A model generated the notes under the pieces. That model had not been told where the DNA came from and ran no database searches. It was given only the letters and a program-made list of their open reading frames with translations. Source: Terriglobia bacterium (lineage in GTDB: Bacteria; Acidobacteriota; Polarisedimenticolia; Polarisedimenticolales; JAIQFR01). From it: a DNA stretch of 64,000 nt. Within the stretch, counting starts at the first letter, position 1. The number at the start of each line of letters is the position of its first letter. The stretch spans positions 224,001-288,000 of the forward strand of contig CAVVHE010000004.1 in assembly GCA_963748015.1 (NCBI GenBank), in the 5' to 3' direction. Of this stretch, positions 26,601 through 34,862 are shown piece by piece. The position numbers were made by a program, and so were the translations under genes.

Positions 26601-29600
26601 TGCCGCGGTGGCCGCGGTGCAGGACGTCTGCTTGTCGTTCGGGTTCGCCGGCGCGTTGCACCACCCGTTCCGGAGGTCGTCGTCGACCGGGTGCGGGAAG
26701 ATCGGCGGAAGGATACGGCCCGCGGTGCCGGCATCCTCGAAGAGGCAGCAGTTCTTGGCTTCGCGGTTGCCGCCGATCGTGCCGTTCTGGGTCACGGAGT
26801 CGTTGTAGTCCGCGAACTGCGGGTAGCCGTTGAACAGCGGCCAGTTCCCGCCGGTGATCGCACCGAGCGGGCCCAGCATGCTGTTGAACCGCGCGTTGTC
26901 GCCGTTCAGCGTGACGGGCCGCAGGGCGTCCACGTCCGTGTCGAGCTCCCAGCTCAGGCGGGACCAGGAGTCGGGGATGTCGATCTCCATGTTCCACGCC
27001 CAGTTGGTGAACTGGGTGCGGTAGAGGTAGCGTCCTTCGGAGTCCGTCGCGAGATTGGGCTTCTGGACGATCGGGGTCTGGAGGTTCTCCCAGAAGAACC
27101 TGCCGCTGCCGGCAAGCGCCGCGATCGACTCGGTCCGCTGGCACTGGCCGAGCGTCGCGCCGTCGACCATGCACGCGACCGTCCCGCTGGCGGCGGGATC
27201 GTAGATCGTGCCCGTGTGCCAGATGCCGCCCGTCGGGTTGCCGCCCTTGGTCATCCAGCCGCAACCGCCGCGGGTGCTCCAGTTCTGGTCGAGCACGCCG
27301 TTGATCGGGTCGCGGTCCTCGCCCGTGTCGAGGGAGTTGTTGTAGTTGTAGTCCTCGCCCCAGTTCGCCGGGGTCGGGGAGAGCGTGGTCGTGCTGTTGA
27401 TGACGATGCCCGACGTGAACCCACCGTTGTTGGTGTCGAAGTTCCACGGAGCCTGGATTGCCATGTTGCGGGTTCCGCCCGCGGTGAGGTCGGACCAGGT
27501 CACCGTCTCGAAGTGGTAGTCATTGACGTTGTTGACGTCGCCGAGGAACGTCGTCGGGTTCTCGATCGTCTCGTTGTTGTTCCAGTCGTAGAGCTCGGTC
27601 ACGCCGCCGGTCGGGAAGTCCGTGGAGTAATACGTGGCCTGCTCGTTGGCGTTCAGCCAGGTCCGGTACACGACGAGCCCTTCGGCCGCCTTGCCCGACT
27701 TCTTGGCGGAGATGCCGAGGAGGAGGTCCGCGTCGTACAGCCCGGTGAAGTTCCCCATCTGGACGGTGAAGCTGATGGCGAACACCGGCGCGGTGAAGCG
27801 GTACTGCTGCGTCTCGAACAGGGACGGCACGAAGCCGATGGACTTCGGCGAGTCGAGCACCCTCATGATCGACTGGTCGACCACCGGGTTGTTGGTCCGG
27901 TTCGGGTCGGCGCAGTCTTTCGTGTAGGGGCGGCAGCTCTGCGGGCTGTCCGTGTCGTGCAGAACGGCCTTGAGGGACGCCTGGGCGTCCGTGAGGTCCA
28001 CGGTGTCGAACTGCCGGATGAACATCTGGAAGTCGACGAGCTCGCCGTGGTCCATGTACTGGTCGGGGTAGCCGTAGATCGCGGTGAAGTAGCCGCGGGC
28101 GTCGCGCTCGCAGCCGCCGTTCACCGCCGCGGAGGCGTCCTGGCCGTAGAGGGCGAACTTGGCCGCGCCGAACTCGAACTGCACGCGGCAATTCACCGTC
28201 TTGACGGCGGTGCGCGTGGCGCCGACGTCGCTATAGGTGACCTTGACGTACTGGCCGTCACGCACGTCCAGCGCGCTGTTCCCGGAATCCGGAACGGTGT
28301 TGGCGCTGATCGTCATCTCGTTCGACTTGTAGACGTTGGTGCCCGGGACCTGGACGAACGAGCCAACCTGCTCGGTGTCCACGACGACGTCGTCGACCGT
28401 GCCGTAGATCCGGTCCGTACCGGCATCCACGACCTGCACGACGGTGCGGGCCTTGATGATCGCGGGAGTGAGGGCGCCGAGCGGGTCCGCCACGTCCGCG
28501 AACTCGTCGATCACCACCTGGACCTTGTCGTTGCAGGCGATGTCGCCGCCGACGACGGTATCGGTGCCGCCGACGATGCGGTGGACGTCGATCCCGGCCC
28601 AGGAGCCGCGGCTCACGGCGCCCACGATCACGAGGGCGTAGTTCTGCGACACGGGGACGGTCGTCCCGATGACGCTCACCGTCCAGGTGCCGGTCTCGAG
28701 CTGGTTGGAGGCCGGATTGGTCGGGTTGAACTTCGGGGACAGGAAGATGGCCTCGGTCGGGTTCTTCCGGTCCCAGATGTTCGCGAGGGTCTGGTTCACG
28801 GCGTCGTACGGCAGGCTCCACCTGGACGGGTCGATGATCCCCGTCTGGCACCAGGGGGCGATCCTGCAGTCTTCACCGGCGTCCAGCACGCGGTTCCTCA
28901 GGAAGGGGGAGGCCGCGGGCGGGAAGTCGTCGACGAAGTAGTTGCCGATGTAGGTCTTGCCGGAAGGGGAGACGAGCTGGAGGTCCAGGTCGTTCGCCAT
29001 GAGGTCGCCGGCAGCCTCGACCCACGCGAGGCCGACCCTCAGCTCGTGGGACGTGTCGTTCACGGTGAACGAGTAGGACTGGGTGCTGGCCGCGGTGATC
29101 GTGCCCGTGATCCCCGGGAGCATGTCGTTCCGGCCGCCGGGAATTCCGCCGTCCGCGATGATCATCGAGGGCGGGGTCTGGTACGTGGTGAGCGGCAGCA
29201 CGTTGCTCAGCTGGATGCGCCCGTACCCCTGCTCGTAGTTGAAGCGGTACTTCGCGTTCAGGCGAGGGGCGTTCTCGAGGAAGAGGCCGTCCATGAACTC
29301 GCCCGAGAGCATCAGGACCGACTTGAGCAGCGCGCCGGAGATGTTGGGAACCTGGTCGGCGGCGTTGCCGGGGTTGGTCGAGGTGCCGTCGGGGTAGAAG
29401 CCCTGGGCGAAGTAGTCGCGAACCAGCAGGCCCGCCCCGGCGGCCGCGGCGGACGAGAAGCTGCTGCCGCCCTGGCCGGAGGGGATGTCGCACTGGACCG
29501 GGTTGAGCTGGTCGTTGTCGTTCGACCGGCAGGCGTACGTGGAGCCGACGCCCAGCGCGCCGAGGTCCGAGCCGGGCGCCCGGACGAGCGGCGTGATTCG

Positions 29601-31310
29601 GCCGGAAGCGGCGCTCGCGGGGCCCGTGCCGGAGGTGATGGGGCCGGAGCCCTGGAAGGCCGCGCCGCCGTCGTTCGCGGTGTACGAGGCGCCGACGACG
29701 ATGGCGTTCTTCGCCGTGGCCGGATCAAAGCTGCGGAACGGATCCGGGATGAAGTCGCGGTCCGAGTCGCGGCCCGAGTTCCCGGCGGCGACGAACAGCA
29801 TCGCGTCCGGGTAGTCGTACAGGAAACCGTCCACCTGCGGGGAGTAGACGTTGTACTTGCTCAGGTCGGCGGTCTGGACGGACTGCCAGGACCAGTTGTA
29901 GACCTTGGCCCCGTAGTTGCCATAGGCGTAGCAGAGGGTGCCGTTGGCCGTGCCCACGCCGAGGGTGCACGGAGTCCCGGTCGCGTAAGCGGTTCCGGGC
30001 TTCAGTGCGGTGGAGGTCGGGCCGGTGCAAGCGGTCAGGGTCGTGGAGACCTGGCAGTCGAAGGCGCCGATCTTGGCGCCCGGCGCCACGCCGTCCACCT
30101 TCCAGGGCCGCTTGGTGTTCGCGTCGATCGCGTACCACGAGCCGCCGTACGCCACCGACGTCTTCGAGGCGTTGCCCATCGCGACGGAAGCCACGATGTG
30201 GCCGTGCGTGAAGCCGCCGTTCGCCGGCGCGTCGCAGGCGAGCAGGTCGCCCGTGCCGGTGCCGAAGCCCGTCGTGGAAAGGTAGCTCACCACCTTGCGG
30301 TGCGCCGGGCCGGGCGTGCCGGCGTTGGTCTTCGTGTCGGAGAGATCGCCGGCGTCGATCGAGATGCCGGTGTCGGTGATCGAGAGGACCTGCGCGGGAG
30401 CGAGGCCGTTGCCGCCGCCGTCGACGCCGGCATCGTGATACGGCGTCGCGCCGAGGTTCCATGCCCCGGTCTGGATCAGCGTCGTCGACTTCTCGTCCGC
30501 CGGAACGTAGAGGCTCTCCTCGTAGACGGCATACACCGGCTCGAGCGAGGCCACGTTCGCCATCTTGCTGCGGTCGATGTCCACGTCGATCTGGTCGGAA
30601 ACGACCGACTTGATCGTGCCGCCCATGGCCTGCACGGCCTGCGCGACCGAGGCGGCGTCCTCGCCCGGGAAGAGCCGGAGCACGAGCGAGTACACGCTCG
30701 AGAGGGCCTTCGCCGGATCCGCGAGGGGCGTTCTGCCGATGTTCGGGTCGAGCTTGAACGCGGGGTGATAGGGCTCGAGGAAGCTGACCTGCCCCTGCAC
30801 CGCCGCGTAGCCGGCCGACGTCAGGCGAACGATGAACCCGTCCGGGCCCATGTTCTGCGAGATCGCGCCGCCGGCGGACTCGATGGCCGCCTTCATGCGA
30901 AGGAACGACCCGTCGCTGTAGCTCGCGGTGTCGACCTGCATCAGGAAGTACTGAGCCTTCTGCTTCCCGAGCTTGAAGGTCGTCCGCAGCTCCTGCGGGA
31001 TGGCGGGAATTCCGCGATTCGTGTCGATCGCGCCCGCGACCGTGAAGAGCACGCCCTTGGCGGGCGGGTTCACCATGTCAACTTCCCCGAAATAGGGGCC
31101 GGTGGCGTAGGGCCACTGGTAGTTGGCACGGGGGTACAGCGTCGGGAGATTGGCGTCCGTTTCCTCGGCGGTGATGAGCGACTGCTTGCCTGCGTCAGGT
31201 GCCTTGGCAGGCTGCGCGGCAATCGCCCCCGTCATCGGAAGCAGAGCCAGGCTCGCGACGGCTGCGGCCAGGATAAGGCCTTTCCAGCCAGCGAGTAAAC
31301 GACTGTGCAT
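23688..31310 (-). CDS. Giant secreted S8 (subtilase) serine peptidase, ~2540 aa, with a long multi-domain C-terminal region
   Basis: GAGGAGG RBS, signal peptide, propeptide (EPYHPAFKL), triad ITDTGI / HGHIVAS / GSSFS, oxyanion AAGN, PATAKNAIVVGA, QGYGRI, NDLDL. Confidence 0.88.
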   Translation of the reverse strand: MHSRLLAGWKGLILAAAVASLALLPMTGAIAAQPAKAPDAGKQSLITAEETDANLPTLYPRANYQWPYATGPYFGEVDMVNPPAKGVLFTVAGAIDTNRGIPAIPQELRTTFKLGKQKAQYFLMQVDTASYSDGSFLRMKAAIESAGGAISQNMGPDGFIVRLTSAGYAAVQGQVSFLEPYHPAFKLDPNIGRTPLADPAKALSSVYSLVLRLFPGEDAASVAQAVQAMGGTIKSVVSDQIDVDIDRSKMANVASLEPVYAVYEESLYVPADEKSTTLIQTGAWNLGATPYHDAGVDGGGNGLAPAQVLSITDTGISIDAGDLSDTKTNAGTPGPAHRKVVSYLSTTGFGTGTGDLLACDAPANGGFTHGHIVASVAMGNASKTSVAYGGSWYAIDANTKRPWKVDGVAPGAKIGAFDCQVSTTLTACTGPTSTALKPGTAYATGTPCTLGVGTANGTLCYAYGNYGAKVYNWSWQSVQTADLSKYNVYSPQVDGFLYDYPDAMLFVAAGNSGRDSDRDFIPDPFRSFDPATAKNAIVVGASYTANDGGAAFQGSGPITSGTGPASAASGRITPLVRAPGSDLGALGVGSTYACRSNDNDQLNPVQCDIPSGQGGSSFSSAAAAGAGLLVRDYFAQGFYPDGTSTNPGNAADQVPNISGALLKSVLMLSGEFMDGLFLENAPRLNAKYRFNYEQGYGRIQLSNVLPLTTYQTPPSMIIADGGIPGGRNDMLPGITGTITAASTQSYSFTVNDTSHELRVGLAWVEAAGDLMANDLDLQLVSPSGKTYIGNYFVDDFPPAASPFLRNRVLDAGEDCRIAPWCQTGIIDPSRWSLPYDAVNQTLANIWDRKNPTEAIFLSPKFNPTNPASNQLETGTWTVSVIGTTVPVSQNYALVIVGAVSRGSWAGIDVHRIVGGTDTVVGGDIACNDKVQVVIDEFADVADPLGALTPAIIKARTVVQVVDAGTDRIYGTVDDVVVDTEQVGSFVQVPGTNVYKSNEMTISANTVPDSGNSALDVRDGQYVKVTYSDVGATRTAVKTVNCRVQFEFGAAKFALYGQDASAAVNGGCERDARGYFTAIYGYPDQYMDHGELVDFQMFIRQFDTVDLTDAQASLKAVLHDTDSPQSCRPYTKDCADPNRTNNPVVDQSIMRVLDSPKSIGFVPSLFETQQYRFTAPVFAISFTVQMGNFTGLYDADLLLGISAKKSGKAAEGLVVYRTWLNANEQATYYSTDFPTGGVTELYDWNNNETIENPTTFLGDVNNVNDYHFETVTWSDLTAGGTRNMAIQAPWNFDTNNGGFTSGIVINSTTTLSPTPANWGEDYNYNNSLDTGEDRDPINGVLDQNWSTRGGCGWMTKGGNPTGGIWHTGTIYDPAASGTVACMVDGATLGQCQRTESIAALAGSGRFFWENLQTPIVQKPNLATDSEGRYLYRTQFTNWAWNMEIDIPDSWSRLSWELDTDVDALRPVTLNGDNARFNSMLGPLGAITGGNWPLFNGYPQFADYNDSVTQNGTIGGNREAKNCCLFEDAGTAGRILPPIFPHPVDDDLRNGWCNAPANPNDKQTSCTAATAAADCQPPKYDGTCNFDSGTTTDQFVKLNGPIRNMNMTAVNGFIEGRFTTFEDTYGDDGINWQGAVGYMVNEYIPGNPPQVKGYGVAIDDMVLEWKEISVAEDTTTTCATGACATLDIATTQTYQSLGRIDLTVTDYSPGKPAGGNNDCNHNGVYTDVGDVVDCDGNGARDVYVLVTSVAEPTGEWVALNETSTGSRVFKGNLPVSSAYNSPGTLYVRREGTVQPTAIIQYNDPDDGTGNPCQPNPNPTLWGFLQANVTLNVSTGRVVVKSSRITNDVGKGDGDAFADTNETVNMYITVSNKTGKAITNLVARLASNSPYVDCILQPSIVLPALANGAVVEIPTPFVWKVTSGAVRLAGQEFNDISAAFNITLSSDQFDASESAQAITQDLDLDVTGGGAPSTFLESFEGTGGPGDFGLFTSMSLDSAYTAVDPPASTVLANGTRCPYNDPDYVNSNSYGETYCYPGFSYGVIAPFDWHVHRTSNSDGGRAYIGSQSVHWGRHKVSTDPDRDTEALSALQALAMAAPVYLGYTAQPEFSFKHQIALMDFRVLNSPYLQGPDRAVVHLQLADPLTGNPAGIWQKLYPYQQIYDVQPTNNYINCTFDPTDDGNDEDSYFAPADPNRFYGPSSTCMPEFVFSQQGDTNWRSPWIAGNTLRSSDDPVGLQGSINRGNWVETRFNLDRFKGRAARLRMLVSTIKVGDAPDAIAALGSSFAPRPTDDGWFIDDVQVSNTLTSPAVVSADVAANSGLPACPSTCTSVTASLAATPGASSGPGQQVVLDASSSAADRCVGGVLQYRFSVGATVVQDWSDLGSLIDTPLVTTNYTVDVRCSTLSTCAGTTSTVVTVGCPTTGTLAWTGPLSVTKTGGLGGVEPDQNLTIAWGGSGWTDVTRGDLGILRNLKTFTGSALACTLNDTLGTSTTDGSTVLPNNGFYFLGRGATCNVNPYNYTDASASEKVGRNAQLVADGVSCP

Positions 31311-31554
31311 AACCCTCCTCCTGCATCGGTTAAAAGGAACACGACAGTTAGAGAAGACAGCGCGATACACGGTTCCCCCTTGGGGCAGCGTTCATGTACG
31401 GTGATAGCAACCCCTTGTCAAGAAGGTTTGCCCGCTGTTTTGCGGTTTCCCTCACCGCAGTCATCCGGCCCGAAGTGCTAGGATAGACGGGCCTTGGACG
31501 CGGGGGGAGAGGGCCGTATCCCGGTCCCATGAGCCCGTCGTCACGGGGACGATT

Positions 31555-32376
31555 TTGAAGACGGAAATAGTTATAAAAAGACAAGTCGCCGTGGGCGTCC
31601 TGCGCGACGCGGGGAGCGTGGTGGTCGCCTTTTCGGGGGGGGTGGACTCGGCCGTCCTGCTCGCCCTGGCCGTGGAGGCCCTGGGCCCCTCCAAGGTGCT
31701 CGCGGTGACCGGCCGGTCGGCCTCCCTCCCGTCCCGGGACCGGTCGGACGCGGCGGCGGTCGCCGCGGCCCTCGGCGTTCCCCACCTGGAGATCGACCCG
31801 GGGGAGCTGGAGCGGCCGGCCTACCGGGCGAACGCCGGGGACCGCTGCTACCACTGCCGGACCGCCCTGTTCGAGGCGCTCGAGCGGATCGCGGCCGAGC
31901 GAGGGCTCGCCGCGGTGGCCTACGGGGCGATCGCGGACGACCGCGGGGACTTTCGCCCCGGCATGCAGGCCGCCTCGGAGCACCGCATTCTCGCCCCGCT
32001 GCTCGACGCGGGGATCACCAAGGAAGACGTCCGGGTCCTCGCGGCGGAGGCTCGGCTCGGGATCGAGGACAAGCCCGCGAGCGCCTGCCTGTCCTCCCGC
32101 ATCCCCGTGGGCATCGAGGTCACTTCCGAGCGACTGGGGCAGGTCGCCCGCGCCGAGGCGGCCCTGGCCGGGCTCGGCTTCCGCCAGTTCAGGGTCCGCC
32201 ACCACGGCGAGATCGCCCGCCTCGAGCTCGACCCGGAAGGCGACGCGAGGCTCCAGGATCCCGAGGTCCGGCAACGGGTCATCGCCGCCGTCCGCGCCGC
32301 CGGCTTTCGCTTCGTCGCCCTCGACCTCGAGGGCTACCGCACCGGTAGCCTCAATCCTCCCTCCTCCCCGCGCTAG
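31555..32376 (+). CDS. larE: ATP-dependent sulfur transferase, LarE family
   Basis: PP-loop SGGVDS, RCYHC, DFRPG, ACLSSRIP, RVRHHG, DLEGYRTGSLN. Confidence 0.93.
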   Translation: MKTEIVIKRQVAVGVLRDAGSVVVAFSGGVDSAVLLALAVEALGPSKVLAVTGRSASLPSRDRSDAAAVAAALGVPHLEIDPGELERPAYRANAGDRCYHCRTALFEALERIAAERGLAAVAYGAIADDRGDFRPGMQAASEHRILAPLLDAGITKEDVRVLAAEARLGIEDKPASACLSSRIPVGIEVTSERLGQVARAEAALAGLGFRQFRVRHHGEIARLELDPEGDARLQDPEVRQRVIAAVRAAGFRFVALDLEGYRTGSLNPPSSPR

Positions 32377-32484
32377 CCTCTCGGCAGCGGAAGCGCGGGC
32401 CCGAGTTCGACCCTCGGCGGCACGCTTCGGCGTTGCGCGGCCGAAAGTCGCCGCGCCGCCTCGCTCCGGTTTTCGAGCGGCCGT

Positions 32485-33036
32485 TCAGGGAAGAAACGGC
32501 CGCTCGAAAACAGGGCCGCCGAGGGTCGAACTCGGACCCGAGCTTCCTAGTCGGGACGATCCGCCGAGCCGGGAGAGAGGCCAGTAGCGGAAGACGACCC
32601 GGCCGCGGAACCTCCCGGCGGGGACCGGGCCGAAGAGGCGGCTGTCGCTGCTCTCCCCCGGGTTGTCCCCGACCACCCATAACCGGGTCGACGAGCGATC
32701 CTCGGGGTCCAGGACGAAAGGGGCGGTGGCTCCGGAGGGGCCGGGCTCCCGGGCGATCCGCTTGACCAGGGGGGTGCCGTCCGGGCCGAGGAGCAGCGCG
32801 ACCTCGCCGGGCTCGGGGGCCCGGTGGCGGTAGGTCCACAGATTCACGATCACGCGGTCACCCGGGAGGAGCGCCGGCTTCATCGAGGGTCCCAGCACGG
32901 TCCACGGGATCGCCACGAACTTCGTCCCGACGAGCACGACGGCCGTGAGGATCGCGAGGGCGGCGATCGTCTCCGTGAGCCACCGGAGCTCGGCGGGCAG
33001 CCTTCCGTGTGCGCGCCCCGGCGAGTCCGCCGTCAC
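32485..33036 (-). CDS. lepB: Signal peptidase I (S26)
   Basis: TM helix, SMKPALLPGD, LVKRI, GDNPGESSDSRLFG. Confidence 0.88.
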   Translation of the reverse strand: MTADSPGRAHGRLPAELRWLTETIAALAILTAVVLVGTKFVAIPWTVLGPSMKPALLPGDRVIVNLWTYRHRAPEPGEVALLLGPDGTPLVKRIAREPGPSGATAPFVLDPEDRSSTRLWVVGDNPGESSDSRLFGPVPAGRFRGRVVFRYWPLSRLGGSSRLGSSGPSSTLGGPVFERPFLP

Positions 33037-33037
33037 T

Positions 33038-33889
33038 TCAAGAACCCTCTCGCGCCCGCGGATCGAGCAGGTCGCGAATGCCCTCGCCGACGAGGTTGCA
33101 CGCCAGCACGGCCGTGAAGAGGGCGGCGCCCGGGAACACCGCGAGCCACCAGGCCCGTTCGACGTGCACGCGGGCTTCCGTGAGGAGACCGCCCCAGGTC
33201 GCGGTCGGGGGGCGCACCCCGAGGCCCAGGAACGAGAGCGCGGCCTCCAGCAGGATCGCGGCGCCCACGGCGAAGGCGGCCGTCACCAGGACCGGGGCGA
33301 GGGCCGAGGGGAGGACGTGCCGCAGCGCGATCCTGAGATGTCCCGCCCCCGAGGCCCGGGCGGCCGCCACCATCTCCGAGCCCTTGAGGCGCAGGAACTC
33401 GCCGCGAAGGTAGCGGGCGACCGGCGTCCAGCCGCTCATCCCCAGGACGAGGGCGATGCGGATGCCGTCGGGAAGGGACTCGATCCAGGCCGGCGCCGTC
33501 GCGAGGACCGCGAGAGCGAGCAGCAGGCTCGGGAAGCAGAGGACCGCTTCGACGCAGCGGGAGATCACGGCGTCCGCGACCCCTCCCCGGTACCCCGCGA
33601 GGGCGCCGAGGGGCACGCCCACGAGCAGGGCGAGCAACGCGGTCAGGAGGCCGACGCCGACGGAGACCCTCGCGCCGTGGACGAGCCGCGCCGCGAGGTC
33701 CCGGCCGAGGCCGTCGGTGCCGAGCCAGTGCGCCGGAGACGGCGGCGCGAGCACCGCGTCGAGATCCACCGCGTAGGGGTCGTGAGGGATCGGCCCCCGG
33801 CTGCTCGCGAGGAGCGGGGCAAAGAGGCCGATCATCGCCAGCGCGCCGAGGAGAATCAGGCCCGCGGCGAGCCCGCGCCGCCTACGCAC
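33038..33889 (-). CDS. Peptide/nickel ABC transporter permease (OppC/DppC-like)
   Basis: HWLGTDGLGRD...GARVS, EAA-type loop, EAALSFLGLG. Confidence 0.93.
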   Translation of the reverse strand: MRRRRGLAAGLILLGALAMIGLFAPLLASSRGPIPHDPYAVDLDAVLAPPSPAHWLGTDGLGRDLAARLVHGARVSVGVGLLTALLALLVGVPLGALAGYRGGVADAVISRCVEAVLCFPSLLLALAVLATAPAWIESLPDGIRIALVLGMSGWTPVARYLRGEFLRLKGSEMVAAARASGAGHLRIALRHVLPSALAPVLVTAAFAVGAAILLEAALSFLGLGVRPPTATWGGLLTEARVHVERAWWLAVFPGAALFTAVLACNLVGEGIRDLLDPRAREGS

Positions 33890-34859
33890 GGCGCACCCGC
33901 GGGTCGGCCGCGGCGTAGGCGAGGTCCGCCAGGAGGATCCCCGCCAGCGTCGCGATCCCGGAGAGGAGCGTGAGGCCCATGATCACCGGCACGTCGCGCT
34001 CGAACATCGCCTCGACGAAGAGCCGGCCGAGGCCCGGGATCGCGAAGATCGTCTCGACGATCACCGACCCGCCCACGAGTCCCGGCAACAGGAAGCCCGC
34101 GAGGGTGAGCAGCGGGACGGAGGCCTGGCGGAAGCCGTGACGGACGAGCACCCCGCGCTCGGAGAGGCCGCGGGCCCTCGCCGCGCGTGCCGCCTCGGCG
34201 AGCCGGCCGTCCACGAGCGTCCCGCGGACGAAGCGCGAGACGAACGCGATCCCCGGGTACGCGAGGCACACCGCGGGCAGCAGCAGGTGCGCGGCTCCGT
34301 CGGCGAGCCGCGCCGCGAGCCCCCACGTCTCCGAGTCCGGCGAGGCCAGCCCGTGCAGGGGAAGCCAGCGAAGCCGCACGGAGAAGGCGATCTGGAGGAG
34401 CAGCGCCGCCCAGAACGCCGGCACCGCGTAGAGGGCGTACGTTCCCACCCCGGTCGCGCGGTCGAGCCACGTCCCCGGGCGCGTCGCCGCGGCGGCGCCG
34501 AGCGGGACCGACACGCCGAGCATCAGCGCGATCGCGGCGAGGTTCAGCGCGAGCGTCACCGGGAGGCGCTCGGCGATCTTCGCCGAGACGGGGAGGCGGT
34601 CGTGAAACGAGCGGCCGAGATCGCCGCGCGCGACGTCCTTGAGCCAGAGCGCGAACCGGAGGTGCACCGGCTCGTCGAGGTGATACAGCGCCCGGATCTC
34701 GGCCCTCTGCTCCGGGGTGACCCGCGTGAGGCCCTCCTCGCCCCCATCCTGGGCGAAGGGATCGCCCGGCGACATTCCCGCCAGCACGAACACGACGACG
34801 CTGACGAGGAGGAGCGTCGCCGCGGCGGTGGCCAGGCGCCGCCCCGCGAGGCGGTACAA
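33882..34859 (-). CDS. Peptide/nickel ABC transporter permease (OppB/DppB-like)
   Basis: GDLGRS, RLPVTL, ARARGL, GSVIVETIFAIPGLG. Confidence 0.93.
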   Translation of the reverse strand: MYRLAGRRLATAAATLLLVSVVVFVLAGMSPGDPFAQDGGEEGLTRVTPEQRAEIRALYHLDEPVHLRFALWLKDVARGDLGRSFHDRLPVSAKIAERLPVTLALNLAAIALMLGVSVPLGAAAATRPGTWLDRATGVGTYALYAVPAFWAALLLQIAFSVRLRWLPLHGLASPDSETWGLAARLADGAAHLLLPAVCLAYPGIAFVSRFVRGTLVDGRLAEAARAARARGLSERGVLVRHGFRQASVPLLTLAGFLLPGLVGGSVIVETIFAIPGLGRLFVEAMFERDVPVIMGLTLLSGIATLAGILLADLAYAAADPRVRRA

Positions 34860-34862
34860 GGC

